Shown here: positions 5,399-14,576 of the stretch, in pieces
Layout of the letters: each line of letters begins with the position of its first letter
How positions within the stretch are numbered: position 1 is the first letter of the stretch
Assembly: GCF_001997385.1 (NCBI RefSeq)
Contig: NZ_CP019633.1
Location: 2,880,001 to 2,912,000, forward strand
Source of the DNA: Sedimentisphaera cyanobacteriorum
GTDB taxonomy: Bacteria > Planctomycetota > Phycisphaerae > Sedimentisphaerales > Sedimentisphaeraceae
Length of the DNA stretch: 32,000 bases
Direction: 5' to 3'
The notes under the pieces: generated by a model
Seen by the model: only the letters and a program-made list of their open reading frames with translations
The model's database searches: none
Told to the model about the DNA's origin: nothing
Position numbers and translations under genes: made by a program

Positions 5399-6733
5399 TT
5401 ACTTGTATCCGAGTTTATCCATAAGTGTTTTCTGACCGTAAAAGCTCATCAAATTATCGAGCAGAACGATTGCGGTATAGTTTTCAGCCACCGGCCATAT
5501 CCTTCCAGCGATTGTTGGGTCTCTTCTTGTAATAGCTGATAGCTTTGTGTTTTCGAGGGTATATTTATCGATAGTGTGCTGGTCTTTGTCGATTGTAGGT
5601 GTTGGTTTTACAGCGAGCCTTGCGATAAGGTTCTGTCCTGTTGAGATTCCGCCAGTAATCCCGCCGGCGTTGTTCGAATCGAAAATTACCCTGCCGTTTT
5701 CGCTTCTTATCTGATCGTTGCACTGGTGGCCTGTCATATCCTTGGCCTTGAAGCCTGCGCCAATCTCAACGCCCTTAACAGCCCCTATCCCGAGCATTTT
5801 CCCGAGCTCTGCATCGAGCTTGCTGAACACCGGCTCGCCGAGGCCGACTGGCATCCCTGTAGCGGCTACTTCTATTATGCCGCCGGAGGAATCGCCGGTT
5901 TTGGTGATCTTTCCGCACGCCTCAACCATCTCGCAGGCGGCGCTGTAGTCTGGGCAGCAGAGGATATGGTGCACGTCGTATTCAGATTTAATTTTCTCAG
6001 GCACCATCTCTTCGCCCGCAGCTCTGATCTGGTCTATCTCGTTTTCCACCTCCGCTAAAACGGCCATCTTCTCAAGAAACCGCATCTCAGTGCGCAAACG
6101 CTGTTTTTCGTATATCTGCTGGTAGAAGGGGTCGTAGTTTTTGCGCATTTTCTTGTATCTCTGGGTGAACTGGTAAATCTCTTCGTAGTCCATATCCGGA
6201 CACTGCACTCCCGCTGCCTCGCGAACAAAGGAGAACACCTTTACCCCGAGCTCTGCGAGAATCTTCTTAGCCACATACCCCGCCGCTACGATTGTAGAAG
6301 TGTAGCGTCCGCTGAATATGCCCGCTCCGATAGCATCATCAGATTCACCGTATTTCATAAAAGTTGCGTAGGATGCGTGTCCCGGGCGGGGGGTTCTGTT
6401 AGTATCCTGATACTGCTTTATGTGAATGAAATGTCTGTCGAGATTCGGGATTAGTATCGTAAGAGGCGTTGCGTTTGTATGGAAGGCGTTGCCTGCTGCC
6501 TCGATTGTATCTGCGCTGTTTATGCCGCTGTAAATTATCGGCAGGTCAGGCTCTTTTCGCGGGCTCGAGAGCTCGTCGGCCCCGGGCTTTCTGAGAAGAA
6601 GGTCGCCGTAGATTTCTTTTTCGGTGATTTTCATTCCTGGAGGGCAGCCGTGTATCATTGATGTAAGCCCGTCCTGATATGAACCACCTGCAACACTAAC
6701 CTGAAAATTTCTCCCTGTATGACATCCAAGCAT
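5399..6733 (-). CDS. aroC: Chorismate synthase, long divergent form (444 aa)
   Basis: Collinear by eye with E. coli AroC through these motifs: HGCPPG, RKEPD..IYSG, RPGHASY, SGRYTSTIVAAGYVAKKIL, GDSSGGIIEV, PVGLGEPVFSKLDAELG, AVKGVEIGAGF, GGITGGISTGQ, VKPTPTI and RRDP...AIVLLD. Confidence 0.85.
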   Translation of the reverse strand: MLGCHTGRNFQVSVAGGSYQDGLTSMIHGCPPGMKITEKEIYGDLLLRKPGADELSSPRKEPDLPIIYSGINSADTIEAAGNAFHTNATPLTILIPNLDRHFIHIKQYQDTNRTPRPGHASYATFMKYGESDDAIGAGIFSGRYTSTIVAAGYVAKKILAELGVKVFSFVREAAGVQCPDMDYEEIYQFTQRYKKMRKNYDPFYQQIYEKQRLRTEMRFLEKMAVLAEVENEIDQIRAAGEEMVPEKIKSEYDVHHILCCPDYSAACEMVEACGKITKTGDSSGGIIEVAATGMPVGLGEPVFSKLDAELGKMLGIGAVKGVEIGAGFKAKDMTGHQCNDQIRSENGRVIFDSNNAGGITGGISTGQNLIARLAVKPTPTIDKDQHTIDKYTLENTKLSAITRRDPTIAGRIWPVAENYTAIVLLDNLMSFYGQKTLMDKLGYK

Positions 6734-6819
6734 TTCATTACTCCCTTGCTAAAATAATAAACTTTCCCTTAATCTGCGAAAACACATTTGGATACACCAA
6801 AGATTATAGGCTTTTTCGG

Positions 6820-6837
6820 GTTTCTGTAAACAGAAAC
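6820..6837. promoter_or_regulatory. Perfect 8+8 palindrome GTTTCTGT-AA-ACAGAAAC in the aroC / kinase divergent intergenic region (candidate operator)
   Basis: Read directly from the sequence. It lies about 90 nt upstream of the aroC start and about 120 nt upstream of the kinase start. Confidence 0.3.
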
Positions 6838-6958
6838 GTGCCTCAGATGGCTTTGTTAATTCGGGTGTCGCACACTGTTGGATGCTTGAGCTTAAAAAAA
6901 TATTGCTTTCGATGGTATTCAGGTTATGATGTGGGAAGTTTAAATACACGGAGAAATA

Positions 6959-9541
6959 ATGAGAAAATCTGCAAATCTTTTGTTGGTTTTGGCACTATTT
7001 TTAACAACTGCACTTGAAGCAGAAGATTACAATATTGGGGTGCTTGCAAAACGCGGAGATGCAAAATGTCTGGAGAGATGGTCTGCTACGGGCGGGTATC
7101 TCAGCGATCAGTTCGAGTCAGACACATTCGGAATAGTTCCTCTTGACTTCAATGAAATCGAAGAAGCTGTTAAAAACAGGCAGGTAGATTTTGTTCTTGC
7201 TAATCCCGCTGTTTATGTGAATCTGGAATATAATTATCATATTAAAAGAATAGCTACTCTTGTAAATAAAGGACGTTCTGGAAACACCACTCGTTTTGCT
7301 GGGACAGTTTTCTGTCTTCGGGATAAGAGCTTCAGCGGCTTTCAGGATTTAAAGGGGCTTCACATTGCTGCTGTTGACAGGAATTCTTTTGGAGGCTGGC
7401 TTGCTGTAAAGTATGAGCTTCTGAAAGCAGGGCTTGATGTTCCCGGCGATTTTAATTCACTAAGCTTTGCTGGCAGTCATGATAAAGTTGTCTATTCTGT
7501 TCAGCATGGTTCTGCAGATGCAGGTATTGTTCGAAGCAACAGTTTGGAGCGTCTTGCCGCCGAGGGCAGGATAAATTTTGATGATTTCAGAATTATCGGC
7601 GAACGCAGAGGCAGAGACATCCCATTTCTTTACTCCACTGAAACTTATCCTGAATGGCCGTTCTCTTCTCTAAGCTACATACCCGGAGACGTCTGCAAAC
7701 GGGTTGCAACTGCCCTGTATAGTATGCCGGAGGGGCATAATGCTGCCAATCAGGCTTCAATTGCCGGATGGACAGTGCCGTGCCGTTATAAAGAAGTACG
7801 AGAATGCCTCAAAGATATCAAATACACGCCTTATCAGATGCACGGTAAAGTTACCCTCGGACAGGTCTTTTTGAATTATAAAAATTCGATATATTTTATT
7901 TTACTTTCGGTTTTAATACTCGGCTTAGTCCTTGTTTGGCTTGTGCTCTTAAACAGAAAACTGCATTTATCAACTGCTGCTAAAGAGAATGAAATAAAGG
8001 CGAGAAAAGAAGCTGAAAAGCAGCTCAAAGAGGCCAACAAAGCCAAAGAAAGATTTCTCGCTAATATGAGCCACGAAATCAGAACGCCGATGAATTCAAT
8101 CATTGGATTCTGCGATCTGCTTCGTGAATTTGACTTTCCTAAAGAGGCCAGGAGCTATGTAGAAAAGATAAGCATTAGCGGGGGCTCGCTTCTTGAGCTT
8201 ATAAACGACATACTCGATTTTTCTAAAATCGAGGCGGGAAGAATGAAGGTTGATTTGAACGAATTCTCACTCGGCCGGCTTCTGAACAACGTAGAGTCAA
8301 TTATTTATCAGAAGGTTAAGGAAAAGAAGCTTGAATTCGGAATAATCGAAAACGGGGCTCTGCCTGCCAATATAGTATCAGACCAGCACAGACTTAATCA
8401 GTGCCTGATAAATCTATGCAGCAATGCCGTAAAATTCACCAATTCCGGCCATGTTAATATCATAGTCTCAACGTTCAGAAAAAACGGTGAGGACTGGATT
8501 TCATTTGCAATCGAAGATACCGGCGTTGGTATAAGTGAGGATAAATTGGATCATATTTTCGACCCCTTCACTCAGGCTGAAGAATCCACAGCCAGGAAGT
8601 ACGGCGGTACAGGGCTCGGTCTGAGCGTAACATCGAAACTCGCAGGCCTTCTTGGCGGGGAGCTCAAATGCAGCAGTGAACCGGGGCTCGGAAGCACTTT
8701 TACCCTTTCAGTACCGGCAGGGCTTGATGTGAATTCTCAGGCAAGGATGGACAGGCTCAATCTCAGAGAGGCCTCTTACGAAAATCACCAGCAGCTTACC
8801 AACCAGTTCTCAGGGAACATACTTGTAGCCGAAGACAGCCCTACCAATCAGATGCTAATAAGGATTTACCTTGAAAAAATGGGGCTCAATGTAGATGTTG
8901 CCGAGAACGGCCAGCTTGCTGTTGATATGGCTATGAAAAAGTCTTACAGGCTTATATTTATGGATGTTCAGATGCCTGAGATGGACGGCTGCGAGGCAGC
9001 GCAAAGGCTCCGCAAACAAAACTGGAACGGCCCTATAATAGCCCTTACGGCAAACGCAATGAAAGGCGACAGGGAGAAATGCCTCGCCGCAGGCTGCGAT
9101 TACTACCTGTCCAAACCGATAGACAGGATTAAGCTTATAAGCGCTCTTGAGCAGTATTTAAGAGACGAGGATTTTCAGGAGTCCAAAGCAGGGAAGGCTC
9201 AGATTGAAGATAATGCCGGCCTTATAAAAAGATTTGTCAAAAAATGCGGCGATGAGGATATGGCAAAGCAGCTGGCCGCTGTATTTTTGGAGGATGGATA
9301 CCTGTGTTTAGAAAAGATTAAGCAGGCTCTGAAAGATAATAATCAAAAAGATTTAGAGCTTTATTCACATCGCCTTAAAAGTTCAGCAAGGCACGTAGCA
9401 GCGGAAAGACTTTCTCAGATTTGTCTTGAGCTGGAATTGCACGGAAGAAACAGCGAGATAGAAAAAGCTCGCTCGCTTTTGCCGGAGCTTGAAAGCCTGT
9501 ATGCTGAAATATCAGACACTTTCAGAGAATTTCTGAAATAA
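6959..9541 (+). CDS. Hybrid sensor histidine kinase: signal peptide, PhnD-like periplasmic solute-binding domain, TM, HisKA, HATPase_c, REC, Hpt
   Basis: The N-terminus YNIGVLAKRGDAKCLERW...VDFVLANPAVYV is PhnD/phosphonate-bd-like. The TM helix is IYFILLSVLILGLVLVWLVLL. The H-box is SHEIRTPMNSI (His372, 8072..8074). The G-boxes are EDTGVGI and GGTGLGLSV. The REC domain is ILVAEDSPTNQ...FMDVQMPEMDG (Asp669, 8963..8965)...SKP. The Hpt domain is HRLKSSARHVAAERL (His804, 9368..9370). Confidence 0.85.
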   Translation: MRKSANLLLVLALFLTTALEAEDYNIGVLAKRGDAKCLERWSATGGYLSDQFESDTFGIVPLDFNEIEEAVKNRQVDFVLANPAVYVNLEYNYHIKRIATLVNKGRSGNTTRFAGTVFCLRDKSFSGFQDLKGLHIAAVDRNSFGGWLAVKYELLKAGLDVPGDFNSLSFAGSHDKVVYSVQHGSADAGIVRSNSLERLAAEGRINFDDFRIIGERRGRDIPFLYSTETYPEWPFSSLSYIPGDVCKRVATALYSMPEGHNAANQASIAGWTVPCRYKEVRECLKDIKYTPYQMHGKVTLGQVFLNYKNSIYFILLSVLILGLVLVWLVLLNRKLHLSTAAKENEIKARKEAEKQLKEANKAKERFLANMSHEIRTPMNSIIGFCDLLREFDFPKEARSYVEKISISGGSLLELINDILDFSKIEAGRMKVDLNEFSLGRLLNNVESIIYQKVKEKKLEFGIIENGALPANIVSDQHRLNQCLINLCSNAVKFTNSGHVNIIVSTFRKNGEDWISFAIEDTGVGISEDKLDHIFDPFTQAEESTARKYGGTGLGLSVTSKLAGLLGGELKCSSEPGLGSTFTLSVPAGLDVNSQARMDRLNLREASYENHQQLTNQFSGNILVAEDSPTNQMLIRIYLEKMGLNVDVAENGQLAVDMAMKKSYRLIFMDVQMPEMDGCEAAQRLRKQNWNGPIIALTANAMKGDREKCLAAGCDYYLSKPIDRIKLISALEQYLRDEDFQESKAGKAQIEDNAGLIKRFVKKCGDEDMAKQLAAVFLEDGYLCLEKIKQALKDNNQKDLELYSHRLKSSARHVAAERLSQICLELELHGRNSEIEKARSLLPELESLYAEISDTFREFLK

Positions 9542-9631
9542 AAACAAATTTTTTGTAAAAAACATCATTTCTAAGCTATAAAGAACTTAGTATTCAAAAC
9601 TATTTCTAATAAGTATTAAAGGTTTTACAAG

Positions 9632-12600
9632 ATGCTTAAAATCTGTTATATTCTTGCTGTTCTTTTTTTGGCTTCAGCGGTCTTGAGCGGAGAAATTACA
9701 GTTAATTCAGGCGATGAAAGTCGGAACAGTTTTCCTGTTCCTTCAGCTGCATTTGAAGAGTTTGAGGAAGGATTTCTCCCCCAGATTAAAGACGGGGCAT
9801 ACATTAACCAGCCAGGCGAGCCTCAGATCCCTTGGAAGGCTGTTACGCTTCTGGTTGCGCCCGATGCTGATATCTCGAGCATAACGGCTTCTGCTCAAAT
9901 GGTTTATAATGAGCTTGAAGGCGAGTACAGCATTGTCCCGGCTCCTCCTTTAGTTTCCTCAGCAGGCGATGATTACAACTGGCCGGAAGGCAGCGATATC
10001 GAGAAGGGGCGAGATCAGAATATTTATCAGAAAGATGCGTTTTTTCCGGCAGAGGATGTGCGGATAACAGCTAAAGGCAAGCTTCGTGAATGGAAGCTTG
10101 TAGAGATATCCATTCCTGCTGTTAAGTACAATCCTGCCCAGGGTAAAGTAAGCGTTCTTTCAGGAGGCAGCTGCAGCGTTGACTGGATAAATGCCCCGCA
10201 AACTCTAAGCGAATCGGGCTTCGACGGCTCGGGCGGGGTGAGAGTGAAAAAGCTTGCGGCAAATTTCGACGAACTAAGCCCCGACTACGATGCCCAAATC
10301 CCGCCAAAAGAGCTGAGCAAATTCTCAGAGCCTGTAAAAACAAGCAGCTACGAATCTCTCGACGGACCGGGCTATGCGATTGTAACGGTTGACCAGATCC
10401 ACAAGGACAGCGATGTGCTTGATGATTTCATTGCACATAAAGAGGCGATGGGCTTTGATGTTCACCTTATCAAGGAGGCTGAGTACGGAGATACAGCAAA
10501 GGGGCGTCCGCGTTTTGATGCGATAAGGCAGTATCTTGCGGATAACTATCTTGCCCTGGATTTGCAGTATGTTCTTCTAATCGGAAGGCCTGAGCCGGAT
10601 ACGGGCAACGTCCCGATGCTGATGTACGATGATAACAGAAACGATTATACTCCCGATGATCCAAGCGATGATGCGCCTTCGGATTACTACTATTCAAACT
10701 TAAACGTTACCGACCTGCAGAACAACAACGATAATTACTGGGAGGTGTCCGTAGGGCGAATTCCATACTACAAAGTGCCTGCGGATTTAGACCATATCCT
10801 CCAAAAAACAATAGACTATGAGAACGCCCAAAATACCGACTGGAGGGCGAAAGTGCTCACGCCGGTTGTCCCGCTGGATGATAAAACGCCTGTATTTGAG
10901 TTTGGCGAGCAGGTAATGGAAAATCTTGCTGAGCCTAAGGGATATGATACCATAAGGGTGTATGAAGAAAATTACGGATGCATTTCTCCGCCCGAGTTTC
11001 TCAAGGATGAGAAGACGGGCTGGAAGGTTTGGAGAGACGAGCCTGTTGGGCTTGTATTATGGCATACACACGGCAGCAAAATTTCCGCAGGCGGGATTAT
11101 CGGAACGTGGAACGTTCCCTCTCTCAATGACAGCAAACCCGCTGCAACTTGGCAGATGTCCTGCCAGAACGCGTGGCCGGAGAACAGCGGAAACCTAGCA
11201 TACACGATTCTGAAAAACGGCGGGATAAATACTATCGGCGGGTCGAGAAATCTTTTTTACAGTGTTGGTGAAAGCGATTTCACTGATCGAGGCGATAATG
11301 GCTATCAGTATGGAAAAGATGTGCTTGCAGGAGTGAGCTGCGGAATTGCAAAGGATGATGCCCTCAGGTTCGGCTATGAGCCCACAAGAAAGCGGACTAC
11401 TATGTACGGCGACCCGTCGGTTACAATTTATTCAGACCTGCCTGATATGATGATAACGCCTGTTGAGGATGTTTGGGTTAGGGCGAGCGAACGAACTTCC
11501 GGAATCGATTTCGATTTAATTAATACAACACAGGATAACAACAGCTTCGACTGGTTCTCAGAGGGAACAGTTGAATATACCCTAATGAACACATCCGATA
11601 CCGCTTACGAATGGACTGCTCAGTCAAATAAGGATTGGCTCATTTTGAGCAATAATTCCGGTGCTGTAGATGCAGGAGGGCAGTTTATTCTGAATGCTGA
11701 GCTGGATGCTGCTGCTTCTGAAATGAATCAGGGCGGAATCTACTACGCAAAAATCACAATAACAGACACTTCAAACAGCAAAGTATCCGAAAGAACTGTT
11801 CGGGTGGAAGTGCAGGAGCCAGCTCTCATCGGCCACTGGAAATTCGATGAAAGCGCCGGCGATACAGCATCTGACTCCGGGACTGGAAACAATGATGCTG
11901 TTTTGAAAAATATGGATGCGCCCAGCTGCTGGACGGCAGGGTTTTACAACGGCGCCCTGGATTTTGACGGGACAGACGATTTTGCCGTAGCAGCCGGCTT
12001 AGAGCTTTACAGCACAGATTCTGTTACAATAACCTCATGGATAAAGCCACAAGGCAGCAACCCAGGGGTTAAAGGCATTCTGATGAATCGAGAGGGCAAA
12101 GCAGTGGGTATGCACTTATCAGATAATCAGCTCAGATACCATTGGGACGGCCAGGGAAGCTGGGATCAGAATACAGGCCTGAATCTCGCTCAGGATGAGT
12201 GGGCATTTGGAGCAGTGGTAATCGAGCCGGATAAGGCAACGCTCTATAAATACAGCGCATCAGCCGGCTGGGAGAGCTGGGTAAACACAAGAGCCCACTC
12301 CCCCAATACATTCGCAGGCAGAACGGTAATCGGAAGAGATGATATGGACGGGAGATTCTTCGAGGGAATTCTCGATGATGTACGTATCTACAATTATTCG
12401 CTCAATTATAATCAAATCCAATCCGCTGCTCTGAGCAATAAAGCTGTCGATCCTGAACCTGAAGACGGTTTCCAGAATGCGGAGCTCAATATTGAACTAA
12501 AATGGAACTGTCCGCAGCCGGGCGATGGATACGATGTTTATCTTTCACCCAGCCAGAGTGATGTGCAAAATGCAGACACATCCTCAGGCTGCTATCTTGG

Positions 12601-14440
12601 AAGAACGGCTGATGAGAGATTTCAGGCAGAAGAAAGGCTCTCTCCTTTTGTGAATTACTATTGGCGGGTTGATACTGTAGAGGACGGTCAGCCTGCAGTT
12701 AAAGGTACTGTTTGGAGCTTCAAAACCAACGATAAGCTTCGGTTTTATCACGAAGCAGAAGATGCCGACAGAATGAGCTACCCGATGGTTGTTCTGCAGG
12801 ATCAAAACGCATCAGGCGGGGCTTATGCTGCTCCCGCTATCGGCACAGGCAGCACATCGGCACCGCCGGAGGAAGGCTGGGCTGAGTATGATTTCAGTGT
12901 GGAGCAGGAAGGCGAGGTTAAATTCGTGCTAACCGTACGCGCAACAGATGCAGGGGGCTCAACAGCAGAGAATAATGCCTTCTGGATTGATATAACAGGC
13001 GATGATGAGGAGCCGGAGCTATGGGACAATCAAACCAGTTCGCTCTCTTGGGAAGTTCTGCTGTGCAAATCTAAAACCCTCAGCCCGGGAGATTATACCT
13101 TCAGAGTTGGTGCTGCCGAAGACGGTTTCCATCTGGATAGAGTGAGAATTGTATATACAGGTGTTGGCGATTCTTCGCCTCCGCCTGCTGTAACAGGTCT
13201 TCAGGCAGAAGTTAGCGATACAGCAGTTATACTCAGCTGGGAGGGTTCAGAAGCTCCCGATCTTGAGCAGTACAGAATATACAAGAGCAGCAGCAAACAC
13301 AGCGGCTATTCGCTTTTCGCAGGCGGCTTTAAGGTTACATCAGTTATTGATTATCTGTCTTATTCCGGCGAGCAGGTTTATTATTATATCGAGGCAGTGG
13401 ACACCAGCGGGAATGTTTCCCCGCAGTCTGAAATTGTTTCCACCGTTTATGAATACGGAGGCGGCAGCGGTACGGCTCAAAATCCTTACGTTTTATTCAG
13501 CCCCGAGCATATAAAGCAGCTTGCTCTTCGCCCTGAAGATTACAGCAAAAGCTTTGTTCTTGCAAACGATATAGACTGCAGCAGTATTTCAGATTTTGCA
13601 TCAATAGGCTCTCAGGCCTCTCCCTTTGAAGGAGCGTTTAACGGTCAGGGAAACAGGCTCTACGGTCTTCAGCATAATTTTGAATACGCTGATAATACCG
13701 GCTTTTTCGGAACAGTCGGCTCGGGCGGAGAGGTGAAAAAGCTTGCGGTAGATGTTTACTTCCAGTCCTCAGGCGGGAGTGTTTCCGGAATATTGGCCGG
13801 TGTTAATCAGGGCACAATAGATTCCTGCTCTGTCAGGGGGGTGCTCTCCCAGCCTTACAGTACCGCAGGCGGTATTGCAGGGCTGAATCAGGGCATAATT
13901 TCCAACTGCAGGGTTGATGCGTTTGTCTTTGCTGTAGAAGATGCCGCAGGAATCGCAGCAGACAATACAGCCGGGCTTATACGAAACTGCCTCTTTGCAG
14001 GAAGTTTGAATGCATCCAACACTTACGGGATTGCAGGCGCTGGAGCAGCGGAAAATGTTAATGCCAGCTTCTACGGAACCGAATCTTCAGGCGCAGTCCA
14101 AAGCTTTGGAGGTGAGGGCAAGCTTGATTCCGAGCTCACCGAAAAAGCCACTTATTCCGCTTGGGATTTTGCCTGCACAGATTCAGACGGCACGAACGAT
14201 AAATGGTATCTCTGCACCGGCTGCGGCGAGATGCCGGTTCTCGAATGGCAGCGAGACGGGCTGGATTTTCTCTGCCCGGAAGGCGTGGGGATTACAGAAT
14301 TCGCAGTGTTGGCCTCAAGCTGGATGCTCTCCAGCAGTTCGCCGGCGTTTGAGCCCAATTTCGACTTAAACTCAGACGGAATAATCGACGAGTTAGACCT
14401 TGCTGTCTTCGCTGACTACTGGCTTACAAGCGGGCAGTAA
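9632..14440 (+). CDS. 1602-aa secreted multidomain surface protein: gingipain-like peptidase C25, BACON-like, LamG, PVC-type beta domain, CBM-like, FN3, GLUG region, dockerin-like tail
   Basis: Signal peptide MLKICYILAVLFLASAVLSG. C25-like YVLLIGRPEPDTGNVPM...APSDYYYSNLN...VGRIPY, with a putative dyad at WHTHGS (His480, 11069..11071) and MSCQNA (Cys511, 11162..11164). LamG: LIGHWKFDESAGDTASD...GALDFDGTDDF...DDVRIYNYSL. YYWRVDTV..GTVWSFKT. CBM-like: YHEAEDADRMS...ASGGAYA. FN3: PPPAVTGLQAEVSDTAVILSWEG. GLUG-type GFFG/GIAG/NC repeats. C-terminal DLNSDGIIDELDLAVFADYWL. Confidence 0.8.
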   Translation: MLKICYILAVLFLASAVLSGEITVNSGDESRNSFPVPSAAFEEFEEGFLPQIKDGAYINQPGEPQIPWKAVTLLVAPDADISSITASAQMVYNELEGEYSIVPAPPLVSSAGDDYNWPEGSDIEKGRDQNIYQKDAFFPAEDVRITAKGKLREWKLVEISIPAVKYNPAQGKVSVLSGGSCSVDWINAPQTLSESGFDGSGGVRVKKLAANFDELSPDYDAQIPPKELSKFSEPVKTSSYESLDGPGYAIVTVDQIHKDSDVLDDFIAHKEAMGFDVHLIKEAEYGDTAKGRPRFDAIRQYLADNYLALDLQYVLLIGRPEPDTGNVPMLMYDDNRNDYTPDDPSDDAPSDYYYSNLNVTDLQNNNDNYWEVSVGRIPYYKVPADLDHILQKTIDYENAQNTDWRAKVLTPVVPLDDKTPVFEFGEQVMENLAEPKGYDTIRVYEENYGCISPPEFLKDEKTGWKVWRDEPVGLVLWHTHGSKISAGGIIGTWNVPSLNDSKPAATWQMSCQNAWPENSGNLAYTILKNGGINTIGGSRNLFYSVGESDFTDRGDNGYQYGKDVLAGVSCGIAKDDALRFGYEPTRKRTTMYGDPSVTIYSDLPDMMITPVEDVWVRASERTSGIDFDLINTTQDNNSFDWFSEGTVEYTLMNTSDTAYEWTAQSNKDWLILSNNSGAVDAGGQFILNAELDAAASEMNQGGIYYAKITITDTSNSKVSERTVRVEVQEPALIGHWKFDESAGDTASDSGTGNNDAVLKNMDAPSCWTAGFYNGALDFDGTDDFAVAAGLELYSTDSVTITSWIKPQGSNPGVKGILMNREGKAVGMHLSDNQLRYHWDGQGSWDQNTGLNLAQDEWAFGAVVIEPDKATLYKYSASAGWESWVNTRAHSPNTFAGRTVIGRDDMDGRFFEGILDDVRIYNYSLNYNQIQSAALSNKAVDPEPEDGFQNAELNIELKWNCPQPGDGYDVYLSPSQSDVQNADTSSGCYLGRTADERFQAEERLSPFVNYYWRVDTVEDGQPAVKGTVWSFKTNDKLRFYHEAEDADRMSYPMVVLQDQNASGGAYAAPAIGTGSTSAPPEEGWAEYDFSVEQEGEVKFVLTVRATDAGGSTAENNAFWIDITGDDEEPELWDNQTSSLSWEVLLCKSKTLSPGDYTFRVGAAEDGFHLDRVRIVYTGVGDSSPPPAVTGLQAEVSDTAVILSWEGSEAPDLEQYRIYKSSSKHSGYSLFAGGFKVTSVIDYLSYSGEQVYYYIEAVDTSGNVSPQSEIVSTVYEYGGGSGTAQNPYVLFSPEHIKQLALRPEDYSKSFVLANDIDCSSISDFASIGSQASPFEGAFNGQGNRLYGLQHNFEYADNTGFFGTVGSGGEVKKLAVDVYFQSSGGSVSGILAGVNQGTIDSCSVRGVLSQPYSTAGGIAGLNQGIISNCRVDAFVFAVEDAAGIAADNTAGLIRNCLFAGSLNASNTYGIAGAGAAENVNASFYGTESSGAVQSFGGEGKLDSELTEKATYSAWDFACTDSDGTNDKWYLCTGCGEMPVLEWQRDGLDFLCPEGVGITEFAVLASSWMLSSSSPAFEPNFDLNSDGIIDELDLAVFADYWLTSGQ

Positions 14441-14483
14441 AGTTATTTCTAAGGGCATGAAGCTGTCCCGTAAATTTATCTAA

Positions 14484-14538
14484 GGCAAAGCAGAAATCAA
14501 AGGCCTGCCTTAAAGGCCGATTGCATTTCTGCTTTGCC
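14484..14538. repeat. Long hairpin between convergent genes (14-bp perfect stem with a nested GGCCT/AGGCC hairpin in the loop)
   Basis: ggcaaagcagaaat (14484..14497) pairs with atttctgctttgcc (14525..14538). The inner pair is GGCCT at 14502..14506 with AGGCC at 14514..14518. There is no clear U-tract on either side. Confidence 0.45.
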
Positions 14539-14576
14539 CTTAGGGATACTGGCGTGATAAACTCTCGAAGTTTTGC

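Noticed and set aside
6749-6949. 66-aa minus-strand ORF in the aroC/kinase intergenic region
   Set aside because: It occupies the divergent promoter region, has no SD sequence and has an odd composition. It is probably spurious.
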